A DNA stretch of 64,000 bases. It comes from an uncultured bacterium (GTDB lineage: Bacteria > Fidelibacterota > Marinisomatia > Marinisomatales > UBA1611). A program made the translations under genes and the position numbers. The notes beneath the pieces are model-generated. The model was not told the origin of the DNA and did not search any database. It worked only from the letters and a program-made list of their open reading frames with translations. The stretch's first letter is position 1. Every line of letters begins with the position of its first letter. Positions 27,299 to 38,371 of this stretch are shown here, piece after piece. The stretch spans positions 96,001 through 160,000 of the forward strand of contig CALSPG010000007.1 of the NCBI GenBank assembly GCA_943788175.1, in the 5' to 3' direction.

Positions 27299-28756
27299 AT
27301 GTTAAAAAATATAAAACATATCATTATAGGTGTGTCCCTAATTGTATCAGGGGCCCTGGCGTCAGAACTTAAAGATATTAAGTATGATCCTAAGAGCAAT
27401 GGTCTTATGATTAGTATTGATTATTCTGAGCCAATACCTGATGATAATATAATAGGCTGGAAATCAGATAGAAATTGGCTTTATATCACTCTATTGGGTG
27501 TGAAGCACGTAAATGAGATTAATCCAAAAGCTGATCCAAACAACTTAATTAAAGAACTAGTCATCGACAGTTTTGATGAGTCTGTTCAAATAGCAATTCT
27601 TCTTACAAAAAAAATACATTGGTATGACATTATTAATAGTGAAGGAAATTCGTCAGCTGTTGTTTTCATTCATACAGAGATGAAAAATAATCTTCAAGCA
27701 AATTTAAAAGAGCATTTAGATAAAAAAGGAAAATCTGTCTTTTCTGTTATTGCTCAGAAAGGTTTCCCTACATATAATACGAGCTTTCAAGCGGCATTTA
27801 ATAAAGCTAGAGAGGAACTAGGTTCTAATGCCATCTTTAGATTCAAAGGAAAGCTTTATCACACAAACCACCCTGGCGAAGGTTCTGTAAGTGTAGCTTC
27901 AAACGTAATTGAAAAAAATAAGTCAGAAAATATAAATGATATTTTTTCCAACTATGCTTCAGCTTCAAAGGATTTTGATAGTTTTGATTCAAAACCTGTT
28001 AAATCCGATGAAAAAGCGTATCAAGAAATTGATGAATATTTTATCGAAGAAAACTCCGGTGAGGAGTTTGCAGAATGGTCTGATTTAACAGAAAGTTCTA
28101 TCGATGATTCTCCAACAGAAAGCAGTCTTTCTTTCTGGGATAAAATGACGGCTGCTAGGGAAGATGATGAAAAAGCAAAGTTATTTGATAATCTAGAATC
28201 TTCTAAAGGTCAATTAATTGAAGAGCTAGCAGATCATTCAATAATAAATGATGATTTAGATGGCAGAATTGTAAAAGTTCCGAAAACTTCTTGGTGGCAG
28301 AAATTACCTTTTGTGTCAATTACAAAAAGTAGATTTGGTTCTATTAAAAAGAACAGAACTAACAATGAGTTATTACTTGGTCAGTCTGCAATCAGGGTTG
28401 ATGCAAATTTAGAAGGAGTTCCGATTTACATTGATGGTAGATATGTCGGGCATACCCCTTTGAGAACGCCTATTCGTGTTGAGCCGGGTTGGCACCAAGT
28501 TAGTGGGTTTTCTCCTCAATATTTAATGTATTTAAATACTGGCACTGTTGACTATGTATCAAATGACCCAATGTTGAAAAATCAAATTTTTGGAACAGAG
28601 ACTATATATGTTGAGGGTGGTAAGATTGCCAGGTCTGAGATGAGGTTTGATTATGTTGGGCCATCGCTTCCGGTAAAGAAAAAAAATGGTGGCTGGATGG
28701 TTGGCTTTCCTATTTTATTATCTTTCTTCTCATTAATTGCTTGGGGAGTAGCATAA
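27299..28756 (+). CDS. Exported PEGA-domain protein with an AMIN-like N-terminus and C-terminal membrane anchor
   Basis: Signal peptide ALA|S; PEGA IRVDANLEGVPIYIDGRYVGHTPL...PGWHQV; hydrophobic C-terminus GFPILLSFFSLIAWGVA. Confidence 0.7.
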   Translation: MLKNIKHIIIGVSLIVSGALASELKDIKYDPKSNGLMISIDYSEPIPDDNIIGWKSDRNWLYITLLGVKHVNEINPKADPNNLIKELVIDSFDESVQIAILLTKKIHWYDIINSEGNSSAVVFIHTEMKNNLQANLKEHLDKKGKSVFSVIAQKGFPTYNTSFQAAFNKAREELGSNAIFRFKGKLYHTNHPGEGSVSVASNVIEKNKSENINDIFSNYASASKDFDSFDSKPVKSDEKAYQEIDEYFIEENSGEEFAEWSDLTESSIDDSPTESSLSFWDKMTAAREDDEKAKLFDNLESSKGQLIEELADHSIINDDLDGRIVKVPKTSWWQKLPFVSITKSRFGSIKKNRTNNELLLGQSAIRVDANLEGVPIYIDGRYVGHTPLRTPIRVEPGWHQVSGFSPQYLMYLNTGTVDYVSNDPMLKNQIFGTETIYVEGGKIARSEMRFDYVGPSLPVKKKNGGWMVGFPILLSFFSLIAWGVA

Positions 28757-28817
28757 AAGATATCACATCTTTTAATCTCTTTATCAATTAGCTTTACTTC
28801 AGTTTTAGATACTCCTT

Positions 28818-30074
28818 TTGTCAGTTAAAGAACAATTAAAATCATATATTTTATCAAAAAGTATTTCTAGCGAAGAAAGAAAATTGGGTATAGAGGTTGA
28901 ATGCTTTATTTTCGACAAGAATAATAACAGGATACCTGTTAATAAGGGTAGTTCTTTCTCTGCTTCCGATCTTTTAAAAGAGCTTGAATCCTCATCTAAT
29001 GGAAACTACTCTTTAGAGCCTGGAGGGCAAATTGAATGGTCCAGTCCGCCTTCATATAAATTAAAAGATATAGAGAGAGATTTGCATGAATATAAAAACT
29101 CCTTAGATAAAATACTAAAAAGAGAAGGATTTAAATCTTTATATATAGGAGTCGATCCTTTTAACAATCCTAGTGAAATTGATTTAATAGATCAAAAAAA
29201 ATATTTACTTATGAACGACAATATGGAGAAAAAAGGTTCTTTAGGTAAATGGATGATGCGGAACACTTGTAGTATCCAAATCAATTACGATATCATAGAT
29301 GAGCCTGATATAGAAGAGTTAACTTTTATATTAGATTGTATACACCCTATCACATCTTACTTATTTTCAAATAGTCCTTTCATAGAAAAAAAACCAAACG
29401 GAAATTTAAATTTAAGAAATCATATCTGGGAAAATACTGATAGTGACAGATGTAGGTCTTTAGTCGATCATGGAATTTTTAAACGGAAAGATTTGTTAGA
29501 GCTCTATTTAGAATTTGCTTCAAAAGTGCCTTCTATTTTTAAACTAGATGATGATCTTAATATTCAGAGCTCTAAGTCTGTGCTTGGAGATGATTTGAAG
29601 TCTAGATTTGACAAGGGTTCATTAAGGCCTGAGGACATACAAGCCGCCTTGCATCAAATATTTACAAATGTTCGTTTAAAAAATTTAATTGAAGTTCGAG
29701 ATATAGATTGTTTGCCTTTTGAGCACATTATGGCTCCGGTTGCATTCATTACTGGTTTAATAACTAATAAAAAAATCAGAAAAGAATTACTTCTTACATT
29801 TGAAAACTGGTCATATAGAGATAGGTCTTCTTGGAATGAATTAGGTTCCTCTTTAGATGGGACCTTAATGGGGCCAAATAAAAAAACATTTTTACAGTGG
29901 ATAGATTTTGTCGGTCAACTATCCTTAAAAGGTCTCAAAAGTCGCAATCTTGGAGAAGAAAAATATTTTTACGATTTTTTTGAGGTTATTAAATCTAAGG
30001 GACCGATAAGTAAGCAAATACAAGATAGCTTTACATTATCTGGTCAATCTTTAAACAAATTTATTTTTAGATAA
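28818..30074 (+). CDS. Glutamate--cysteine ligase (GCS2 family)
   Basis: LGIEVE, SLEPGGQIEWS, MMRNTCSIQINYD, LFSNSPF, R..IW..TD..R, FTNVRLKNLIEVR. Confidence 0.85.
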   Translation: MSVKEQLKSYILSKSISSEERKLGIEVECFIFDKNNNRIPVNKGSSFSASDLLKELESSSNGNYSLEPGGQIEWSSPPSYKLKDIERDLHEYKNSLDKILKREGFKSLYIGVDPFNNPSEIDLIDQKKYLLMNDNMEKKGSLGKWMMRNTCSIQINYDIIDEPDIEELTFILDCIHPITSYLFSNSPFIEKKPNGNLNLRNHIWENTDSDRCRSLVDHGIFKRKDLLELYLEFASKVPSIFKLDDDLNIQSSKSVLGDDLKSRFDKGSLRPEDIQAALHQIFTNVRLKNLIEVRDIDCLPFEHIMAPVAFITGLITNKKIRKELLLTFENWSYRDRSSWNELGSSLDGTLMGPNKKTFLQWIDFVGQLSLKGLKSRNLGEEKYFYDFFEVIKSKGPISKQIQDSFTLSGQSLNKFIFR

Positions 30075-30166
30075 AATAATTTATACTTGATGAAATAAAA
30101 AGTAAATGAGTTTAATTTTTGACTCATTATGAATGCTTGTTGTATCATTATTAGTAATCAAAAATT

Positions 30167-30832
30167 ATGAAATTATATTTTAGCTCAAAAATTTTTCAAA
30201 AAGCATTAGCCGGTTTGTCTGGAGGGTTCCTTGTCGTGTTCTTAATCGGGCACTTAGCTGGGAATCTGCAATTATTTATTCCTGGGGAATTGGGTCAAAA
30301 ACAGTTCAACGCTTATGCCTTATTCATGACGACAAACCCTGCAGTGATTGCTCTTTCATATATTACATATACAACGATTATTTTGCATTCGATAGTAACC
30401 ATATATTTAGTTTTTAAGTCAAAGCTTGCAAGACCAATTAAATATCATGTGAGTTCAGGCAATAGTAATAGTACTTGGGCTTCAAGAAATATGGCTTTTT
30501 TAGGCACTATGATATTAATATTTCTTATTATTCATCTTAGGAGTTTTTGGTATGAGATGCATTTTGGTAATATTGGATTCGATAAATGGGGTAATAAAGA
30601 TTTGCATACTGTAACTGTTGCTGCGTTTCAAAATGTTTACTACACAGCATTTTACATTTTATCAATGTTGATGCTCGCTTTTCATTTATCGCATGGAGTT
30701 GGATCTGCATTTCAAACTCTTGGCTTGAATACTTCAAAATACAAAAAGTCAATTACATACATAGGAAAAGGAGTAGCAATTATAATACCATTAATTTTTG
30801 CAAGTATACCAATCACATTATATGTTAGATAG
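30167..30832 (+). CDS. sdhC: Succinate dehydrogenase/fumarate reductase cytochrome b subunit
   Basis: [36 protein letters not shown]; five TM helices; first gene of sdhCAB. Confidence 0.92.
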   Translation: MKLYFSSKIFQKALAGLSGGFLVVFLIGHLAGNLQLFIPGELGQKQFNAYALFMTTNPAVIALSYITYTTIILHSIVTIYLVFKSKLARPIKYHVSSGNSNSTWASRNMAFLGTMILIFLIIHLRSFWYEMHFGNIGFDKWGNKDLHTVTVAAFQNVYYTAFYILSMLMLAFHLSHGVGSAFQTLGLNTSKYKKSITYIGKGVAIIIPLIFASIPITLYVR

Positions 30833-32735
30833 CAGAATACCTCCAGGAGATTTATCGAGTAAATGGTCAGACTTTAAGTCGAAAGTACCACTTGTTAGTC
30901 CAGCAAATAAGCAAAATTTAGATATTATTATTATTGGTACAGGCTTAGCAGGGGCTTCTGCTGCGTCTTCTTTAGCTGAAATGGGATACAATGTTAAAGC
31001 TTTTTGTTTTCAAGACAGTCCTAGGAGAGCTCACTCAATTGCAGCTCAAGGTGGAATTAATGCTGCAAAAAATTATCAAAATGATGGAGATAGCGTCTAC
31101 AGGTTGTTTTATGACACTATCAAGGGCGGTGACTATAGGTCTCGTGAAGCAAATGTACATAGACTAGCTGAAGTTAGTACAAACATTATAGATCAGTGTG
31201 TAGCTCAAGGAGTGCCATTTGCCAGAGAGTATGGAGGTACGCTCGACAATCGCTCATTCGGCGGGGTTCAAGTCTCTAGAACGTTTTATGCGAGAGGTCA
31301 GACTGGTCAACAGCTTTTATTGGGTGCTTATAGTGCTCTTAGTAGACAAATAAGCAAAGGCTCTGTTCAAATGTATAATAGACATGAGATGCTTGATGTT
31401 GTTATGATTGATGGTGTAGCGAGGGGAATTATTGCTAGAAATTTACTTACTGGTCAGTATGAAAGGCATTTTGGGCATGCAGTTGTTTTAGCTACTGGTG
31501 GATATGGTAACGTATTTTACCTTTCAACTAATGCGATGGGAAGTAACGTTACAGCTGCTTGGAAAGCATACAAAAAAGGTGCAATGTTTGGCAATCCTTG
31601 TTTTACTCAAATTCATCCTACTTGCATCCCGGTGTCTGGTGATTATCAGTCTAAGTTAACGTTAATGTCAGAATCACTTAGAAATGATGGAAGAATTTGG
31701 GTACCTATTAAAAAAGGTGATACTAGAGATCCAAAAGATATACCAGAAGATGAAAGAGACTATTATCTTGAGCGAAGATACCCAGCTTTTGGAAATCTTG
31801 TTCCACGAGATATTGCCTCAAGAGCAGCTAAAGAAAGATGTGATGAAGGTTATGGTGTTGGTTCGACCAAAATGGCTGTTTATTTAGATTTTAAAGATGC
31901 AATTAGTAGCATGGGTGAAGATACTGTCAGGTCTCGTTATGGAAACCTCTTTCAAATGTATAATAAAATTACAGGAGATGATCCTTATCATACTCCAATG
32001 AGAATATATCCTGCTGTACACTATACTATGGGGGGTCTATGGGTTGATTATAACTTAATGACATCAGTTCCGGGTTTATACTCAATAGGAGAATCTAATT
32101 TTTCTGATCATGGTGCAAACAGATTGGGTGCGTCAGCTTTGATGCAAGGCCTGGCAGATGGTTACTTTGTTTTACCTTATACAATTGGAGAGTTTCTATC
32201 TAAAGACATAAGAACAGAGAGAATTTCCACTGAAGATGAACATTTTGTTAAAGCTGAAAAAAAAGCTAGAAAAAGAAACGAAACACTACTAGAAATTAAG
32301 GGGACAAAAAGTGTAGAAAGTTTGCACAGAGAATTAGGTAAGATTATGTGGGACAATTGTGGAATGTCCAGAAATGAAAAAGATTTAAAAAACGCATTAG
32401 TCCAGATTAAAGATTTAAAAAATAGTTTTTGGAGTGATGTATTTGTTCCTGGTTCTGATAACGAGCTTAACACTGAACTTGAAAAAGCTGGTAGAGTAGC
32501 AGATTTCATTGAATTAGGTGAACTCATGATATATGATGCTCTTGATAGAAATGAATCATGTGGTGGTCACTTTCGCGAAGAATATCAAACTGAGGAAGGA
32601 GAAGCTTTTAGAGATGATGAAAATTATACATACGTTTCTGCCTGGGAATTCAAAGGAAAAGATAAAGAGCCTAAATTGCACAAAGAAGATTTAGATTATA
32701 AAGAGGTAACCCCAACCCAGAGGAGTTATAAGTAA
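30822..32735 (+). CDS. sdhA: Succinate dehydrogenase/fumarate reductase flavoprotein
   Basis: [55 protein letters not shown] at 30822. Confidence 0.96.
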   Translation: MLDSRIPPGDLSSKWSDFKSKVPLVSPANKQNLDIIIIGTGLAGASAASSLAEMGYNVKAFCFQDSPRRAHSIAAQGGINAAKNYQNDGDSVYRLFYDTIKGGDYRSREANVHRLAEVSTNIIDQCVAQGVPFAREYGGTLDNRSFGGVQVSRTFYARGQTGQQLLLGAYSALSRQISKGSVQMYNRHEMLDVVMIDGVARGIIARNLLTGQYERHFGHAVVLATGGYGNVFYLSTNAMGSNVTAAWKAYKKGAMFGNPCFTQIHPTCIPVSGDYQSKLTLMSESLRNDGRIWVPIKKGDTRDPKDIPEDERDYYLERRYPAFGNLVPRDIASRAAKERCDEGYGVGSTKMAVYLDFKDAISSMGEDTVRSRYGNLFQMYNKITGDDPYHTPMRIYPAVHYTMGGLWVDYNLMTSVPGLYSIGESNFSDHGANRLGASALMQGLADGYFVLPYTIGEFLSKDIRTERISTEDEHFVKAEKKARKRNETLLEIKGTKSVESLHRELGKIMWDNCGMSRNEKDLKNALVQIKDLKNSFWSDVFVPGSDNELNTELEKAGRVADFIELGELMIYDALDRNESCGGHFREEYQTEEGEAFRDDENYTYVSAWEFKGKDKEPKLHKEDLDYKEVTPTQRSYK

Positions 32736-33488
32736 GTGGAAAATTTTTCAATTAAATTAAAAGTCTGGCGTCAAAAAAATAATAAAACTCAAGGAAAATT
32801 TGTCGATTATGATATTGATGATTTAAATGAGCACATGTCATTTTTAGAGATGTTAGATGTTTTGAATGAACGATTGATTTCTTCTCGAGAAGAACCCATT
32901 GCTTTTGAGCATGACTGTAGAGAGGGAATCTGTGGTAGTTGTTCTATGGTCATTAACGGCAAACCTCATGGGCCGCTTAAAGGAACAACAACATGTCAAT
33001 TGCACATGTATCATTTTAATGATGGCGATAACATAACGATAGAGCCTTGGCGCGCAAAATCATTCCCAGTAATTAAAGATTTAGTTGTCGATAGGACGCC
33101 TTTTGATAGAATTATACAATCAGGTGGTTATATTTCTGTAAATACTGGTAGCGCACCAGATGGAAATGCGATACCTATATCTCAAGAAGATGCCTTGTAT
33201 GCTTTTGATGCAGCTGCTTGTATAGGTTGTGGTGCATGTGTAGCCGCTTGTAAAAACGCATCGGCAAGTTTATTTGTTTCTGCTAAAATTTCACAATTAG
33301 CATCTTTACCTCAAGGGCAACCTGAAAGAGATAAGAGGGTTGTCGCTATGGTAGATCAAATGGAAGTAGAAGGATTTGGTCACTGTACTAATACTGGGGC
33401 ATGTGAAGCAGAGTGCCCAAAAGAAATCTCACAAGAATATATTAGAAAAATGAACTGGGAATATCACAGAGCTAACATCAAGGGCTAG
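32736..33488 (+). CDS. sdhB: Succinate dehydrogenase/fumarate reductase Fe-S subunit
   Basis: [37 protein letters not shown] start. Confidence 0.96.
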   Translation: MENFSIKLKVWRQKNNKTQGKFVDYDIDDLNEHMSFLEMLDVLNERLISSREEPIAFEHDCREGICGSCSMVINGKPHGPLKGTTTCQLHMYHFNDGDNITIEPWRAKSFPVIKDLVVDRTPFDRIIQSGGYISVNTGSAPDGNAIPISQEDALYAFDAAACIGCGACVAACKNASASLFVSAKISQLASLPQGQPERDKRVVAMVDQMEVEGFGHCTNTGACEAECPKEISQEYIRKMNWEYHRANIKG

Positions 33489-33498
33489 CTAATAAATT

Positions 33499-34113
33499 TT
33501 ATTTTAATCTGAAGTTTACTGGGATTGATATCCAAACACCGACTGCTCTTTCTCTTTGCTTTGCGGGTCTAAATCTTGTCTTTCTTATTGCGTCCATTGC
33601 GGCTTCATCTAGTCCTGTGTTCGGTATTCCTTTTAAAATTATTGTCTCTTTTACTCGTCCTCTATCATCTATAAAAGCCTGCACAACAACAACGCCTTCA
33701 ATACCTGCTTCTTGTGCTATCTCAGGGTATATTGGCCTTATTGCACTTATAGGCTTTGGCGGATCGTCATAAGGAATAAACTTTACTTTAGGTCCGCTAG
33801 GAGCTGGAGGAGCATCCCAAGCTTCAAAATCATCAAAATCTAAATCATCCAATGTCACATCATCTGCAATATCTTCATCGTCTGTAGGAACAGGGATTGA
33901 TGGTCTAGCTGGAGGCGGAGTATTATCGATTTGTTGTGTCTGTGGGATGTCTATATTTTCAATGGAAATTTGTTCTACGTTTCCAAACTCCGATTTAGAA
34001 ATAAACCTAGGAAATATTAAAAACATAAAAACTAGACTAAATATTCCACAAAGACCAGCGACTCTTACTACGATAGGGTATTTGCCTTTAAGTGGGTTTG
34101 TATTCAGCTTCAT
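33499..34113 (-). CDS. tonB: Energy transducer TonB
   Basis: N-terminal TM, Pro/acidic linker, YPEIAQEAGIEGVVVVQAFID..G.V...F.PA.Q. Confidence 0.9.
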   Translation of the reverse strand: MKLNTNPLKGKYPIVVRVAGLCGIFSLVFMFLIFPRFISKSEFGNVEQISIENIDIPQTQQIDNTPPPARPSIPVPTDDEDIADDVTLDDLDFDDFEAWDAPPAPSGPKVKFIPYDDPPKPISAIRPIYPEIAQEAGIEGVVVVQAFIDDRGRVKETIILKGIPNTGLDEAAMDAIRKTRFRPAKQRERAVGVWISIPVNFRLK

Positions 34114-34523
34114 TAACGAACGAGTGTTTTTGTAGAGTAGTTAAGTTTTAAAGCATCAGCTTCGCGTAATTCTTCATGAATAGATGATATAAGTTCCATT
34201 TTTGCCTCTTCATCAGCTTTTAACGATACAATTAGCTGTGGGTCGGAGACCCTTTTTTCATACATTATTTTTGCTACATCTTGAACGGCAAACAACCTAT
34301 CGTTTATTGAAACTAATCCTTCTTTAGATATCCAAATATGAGCAGTATGTCGTTTCCCTTTTAATTTTTCGATTTTTTCTGCTTTTGGAATATTTACGGG
34401 TAAACCAGAGTACTCACGCAAAACGGTTGTTACCATAAAAAATATTAGAAGCATGAAAATAATATCAGGCATTGAAGAAGTTGGTATCTCACTTGAGATT
34501 TTTGTTTTTCTTGAAAAATTCAT
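34113..34523 (-). CDS. exbD: Biopolymer transporter ExbD
   Basis: SMPDIIFMLLIFFMVTT; SLKAD. Confidence 0.9.
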   Translation of the reverse strand: MNFSRKTKISSEIPTSSMPDIIFMLLIFFMVTTVLREYSGLPVNIPKAEKIEKLKGKRHTAHIWISKEGLVSINDRLFAVQDVAKIMYEKRVSDPQLIVSLKADEEAKMELISSIHEELREADALKLNYSTKTLVR

Positions 34524-34921
34524 TAGTTCGAGTTAGCTATAGATATCTTTTTTGCATTAGCAATTTTTAGTTGGTCAAGAACGCGTATATAATCGCTGTA
34601 GTCTGTTTTTGGATGTGCTTTAACCGAAACAATTAATAGCGGATTTTTTGCTAATCTTTTTTTAACTATTCTTCCAATTTGTTCAACGTTGGTAGGTTCT
34701 TCATCAAGGAGAACTTTACCCTGAGAGTTAATTAGGCAGTTTATTATATTCTTTTTTTGAATTTCGATTTCTACATCGCCTGCTGGAGGTAGGACTATTC
34801 CAAGACCTTTATCAGTGTCTATTGTAGTTGTAACTAGGAAAAAAACGAGTAACAAAAAGGCAATGTCTGCCATAGAACCCGTTGGGATTTCCCCACCCTT
34901 AAATCGACGATTTCTAATCAT
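34523..34921 (-). CDS. exbD: Biopolymer transporter ExbD
   Basis: SMADIAFLLLVFFLVTTT. Confidence 0.9.
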   Translation of the reverse strand: MIRNRRFKGGEIPTGSMADIAFLLLVFFLVTTTIDTDKGLGIVLPPAGDVEIEIQKKNIINCLINSQGKVLLDEEPTNVEQIGRIVKKRLAKNPLLIVSVKAHPKTDYSDYIRVLDQLKIANAKKISIANSN

Positions 34922-34931
34922 TTAATAAGAA

Positions 34932-35537
34932 TTATTTTGTGTTCTGTAGGTACTCAACAATCTTAATGGACTGTTCTTCCATATCTAAAATAAGCTTATC
35001 AATCATGGATACAAAAAAGTTTTGAGAAACTTGCATTATCATCGCAACAATTAATCCAAAGGCAGTAGTCAAAAGCGCTTGGGATATACCTCCTGCAACT
35101 ACTGCTGGAGAGATATCATTCGCCATTTTAATATCTTCAAATGCTTTAATCATTCCAACAACTGTTCCGGTAAATCCAAGCATTGGAGCAATGGTTATAA
35201 CAGAATTAATCCAGATCATGTTTTTCTCAAGAAATGCCATTTCAAGCCCACCAGCATTTTGGACAGCTTTTTCGATTTCTTCTTTTTGTTTACCCATTTT
35301 AGATAGGCCCGCGTAAAATATAGATGCAACAGGACCTGGTGCGCTTTCACAAAACTCTATTGCTTTTTCCTTACCAGAATCATCGTATGTCGTTTTTACA
35401 TCTTCAAAAAACTTATCAGTATCAGAACTTGAGTTAATTAGTGAATATGCTCTCTCGCCAACTACAGCAAGTCCAAAGAGTAGTGCGATGAGAATTGGCC
35501 ACATAAAACCACCACCTTGTACAAAAAAATCAACCAT
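34932..35537 (-). CDS. exbB: ExbB/TolQ proton channel
   Basis: GGGFMWPI, APMLGFTGTVVGMIKAF, AGGISQALLTTAFGL. Confidence 0.92.
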   Translation of the reverse strand: MVDFFVQGGGFMWPILIALLFGLAVVGERAYSLINSSSDTDKFFEDVKTTYDDSGKEKAIEFCESAPGPVASIFYAGLSKMGKQKEEIEKAVQNAGGLEMAFLEKNMIWINSVITIAPMLGFTGTVVGMIKAFEDIKMANDISPAVVAGGISQALLTTAFGLIVAMIMQVSQNFFVSMIDKLILDMEEQSIKIVEYLQNTK

Positions 35538-35616
35538 GTAATACCTCCATTAATTATGAAACAATTTATTTTTTAAAAATCTATATAAGCAATTTAATTT
35601 ATAAACAGCTTATAAT

Positions 35617-37233
35617 TTAATTACGGTAACCCAAGAAAGCATCAGCTTCGTTAAAATATTTTAACGCTTCCGAAACTTGGTTATCTAGAAAAAGCCTGAT
35701 GCTCGCTGACTCATCTTTTCCCCAGATGGTACCAGCAATTTCACTTTTAATTCTATTATGTATGAAAGATTGATCAACTAGAAGAGAATCAGAATTAAAT
35801 GAAATCGAATCATTTTCTAAATAATCCAAAAATTGTGAATATATAGATTGGTTTACGTTCCAGGTTTTTTTAAAGTTTTTAAAATCCTTGTAACCTAAAT
35901 CGTTCTGGTTAGCATATGTTGAAGAAAAATTAAAAATAGGTCTTTCTGGGTTCCTTAAAAGTTTTTGAGTCGTTTTTGTTAATTTATTTTTGTAAGGAAC
36001 ATATTTATCGGGGGTTATTCCACCTCCACCATAAACAGTTCGTCCCTGTCTAGTCTGATATTTTGGTCTTAGTTTTTTTAAACTATCTAAAACAGACTCT
36101 CTATCGTTCGCATATAGTTCTTTGTAATATGTTAAGTCATGACCCTCTTCATAAGGGCGTTGTATTAGTCTCCCGCTAGGAGTAAAATATCTTGCCATTG
36201 TTATTCTTATTGCGGCACCGCCTTCCAAAGGGAGCTGTCTCTGAACTAATCCTTTCCCAAAACTAGTTTCTCCAATTATTAGTCCTCTATCAAGATCCTG
36301 GACTGCTCCAGAAACGATTTCACTAGCACTAGCGGAACCTCTGTTTATTAAGACAATTAAAGAAAAATCATTTCGTCCTTTCTGAGGGTCTGAAATAAAT
36401 GCTTGGTTTGAATCTGATATTTTCCCTTTAGTATAAACTAAAGTATCCCTTGTGGAAATAAACAAGTTAGAAACTGCTGCAGCTTGCTCCAGATACCCAC
36501 CACTATTACCCCGAAGATCAAATACTAGCTTTTTAAAATTTTGCTTATCCAATTTATCTATAGCTTTATTTACTTCATCAATAGTCGTTGCTGAAAACCT
36601 TCTCAATAATATGTATCCAGTTTCTTCATCGAGCATAGTGGCAGCCCCTACGCTGTATATTGGGATGTCATCTCTAATAATCGTAACATCAAAAGGTTCC
36701 TCAAGTCCTATGCGCTGAATAGTTATGTCTACTTTAGTGCCTTTCTTACCTCTTAGTTTTTTAACAACTTCATCTTTTGTTATTTTGTATGCATCATCCC
36801 CATTTATAGCAATAATTTTATCTCCAGATTGAAGACCTGCATAATCAGAAGGGCTGTCAGGGACTGGTGATATTACTGTTATATAGCCATGGAGTATATC
36901 AAATTCAATTCCTATTCCTTGAAAATTCCCTCTAAATAATTCGTCAATGTTTTCTTGATCTTTCGCTGGTATATAGGTTGAATGAGGATCTAATTCTTCC
37001 ATTAATCCATGGAATGCACCATCCATAATTTTATCCATGTCGACATCATCAAAATAAAAATGATCAACGTAAGAAATGATTTGTTGCATGACCATTATCT
37101 TATCTTTTAGGACTCTGTAGATGTTTTTATTTTTTGAATAAGCCTCTGGCATAAAAATTAATATTGCAAAAACGAAGCCAAATAGTGCAGATGTCACCAT
37201 AGGCCAGAGACGAGTGACTTTTTTTTCGGACAT
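35617..37233 (-). CDS. S41A carboxy-terminal processing protease
   Basis: LDPHS, PDZ GIGI...SPSDYAGL, DLRGNSGG, SASASEIVSGA.QD, SFGKGLVQ, GGGGITPD. Confidence 0.93.
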   Translation of the reverse strand: MSEKKVTRLWPMVTSALFGFVFAILIFMPEAYSKNKNIYRVLKDKIMVMQQIISYVDHFYFDDVDMDKIMDGAFHGLMEELDPHSTYIPAKDQENIDELFRGNFQGIGIEFDILHGYITVISPVPDSPSDYAGLQSGDKIIAINGDDAYKITKDEVVKKLRGKKGTKVDITIQRIGLEEPFDVTIIRDDIPIYSVGAATMLDEETGYILLRRFSATTIDEVNKAIDKLDKQNFKKLVFDLRGNSGGYLEQAAAVSNLFISTRDTLVYTKGKISDSNQAFISDPQKGRNDFSLIVLINRGSASASEIVSGAVQDLDRGLIIGETSFGKGLVQRQLPLEGGAAIRITMARYFTPSGRLIQRPYEEGHDLTYYKELYANDRESVLDSLKKLRPKYQTRQGRTVYGGGGITPDKYVPYKNKLTKTTQKLLRNPERPIFNFSSTYANQNDLGYKDFKNFKKTWNVNQSIYSQFLDYLENDSISFNSDSLLVDQSFIHNRIKSEIAGTIWGKDESASIRLFLDNQVSEALKYFNEADAFLGYRN

Positions 37234-37259
37234 TATACTTAAAGAATAGTTTGAGGGAG

Positions 37260-38144
37260 CTATAGACCTAGATATAACATGGTTCTGAATGTTACACCTC
37301 TGAGAGTATATTCTTCTGAGTCTCCAATTAAATATCTACTATTAAGTTTCCAGCGACCTTGGCCTATAGTACCTTTATTAAATCCAGCACTAATTCTTAA
37401 GCCAACCCTGTCAAGAAGTTGCCATTTAACGGCAACGTACGGTTGAAAATTAAAAAATGTTCCGCTAAGGTCTGACATAACACCAGGAGCATTTGCAGCA
37501 TTAAAACCTGCAATAGGGGTTCCAGTATCATCTACAGCATAATAATACATCAGAGTAGAGTCAGTACCATCAGCATTTACTTCCCATTCTTTTGACCCGT
37601 AGGAAAAATCAAACATTTCGCCCCATTTAGGGTTAGCAGCATATTGATCGATAGATAAATTTAATCGTCCTAGTCCCATCATGGCTCCAGCAGAGATTTC
37701 AAGATCTTGAAAAACTGGCATTACGTATTCAATGGATGCGGCTCCTAAGGCAATGGTTATTTTAGCTTCAATTGATGGATTAAAATTTCCATCATAAGGC
37801 ACTTTGGTTTCATCTTGATATCCAGGCTCACCGGTATCTACATATAATTGAACATTAGTTACTGTACTAATACTTGAGCTGCCAACTCCAGCATAACTTC
37901 CGATTCTCCATTTTCCAGTCATGTGAGCGAACCCTTCTCCCCCATGCACCACAAAAGGGGTATCAAATTGATTAGAGTTTAACCCAAGGCTTTTTAGTAA
38001 GTCTGTAGCTGGGAATTTTTCGACATTTATATACATCGGACTATATCCGATGCCACCACCAAAAAAATCTGTAACTGGATATAAATCAAATTGACTATGT
38101 CCAGTAGATAGTAAAATTGTAATATATGTTAGTATTTTTTTCAC
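37260..38144 (-). CDS. Hypothetical exported protein, probable outer-membrane beta-barrel
   Basis: GTG 38144 gives signal peptide ...STGHS|Q; Gly/aromatic amphipathic strands; C-terminal strand VTFRTMLYLGL. Confidence 0.55.
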   Translation of the reverse strand: MKKILTYITILLSTGHSQFDLYPVTDFFGGGIGYSPMYINVEKFPATDLLKSLGLNSNQFDTPFVVHGGEGFAHMTGKWRIGSYAGVGSSSISTVTNVQLYVDTGEPGYQDETKVPYDGNFNPSIEAKITIALGAASIEYVMPVFQDLEISAGAMMGLGRLNLSIDQYAANPKWGEMFDFSYGSKEWEVNADGTDSTLMYYYAVDDTGTPIAGFNAANAPGVMSDLSGTFFNFQPYVAVKWQLLDRVGLRISAGFNKGTIGQGRWKLNSRYLIGDSEEYTLRGVTFRTMLYLGL

Positions 38145-38371
38145 AGTATAAGACCTCTCCGCACGTATTTGAAATCTAACCAATTTATGTACTATAGACT
38201 AAATACAAAAGGAATTATATATCAAATTTGATGTATAAAATGCCTAAACTAATTTTTGGGCTTTTTCTTGGAAAAAACGGTGCTTTAACCTATATTTTTT
38301 GCTAGAGTAAACGAGGTAAGGGAGTTTATTTCTATATTCTCCTGTGAAATAGACATGTTTTGACCTAAATA

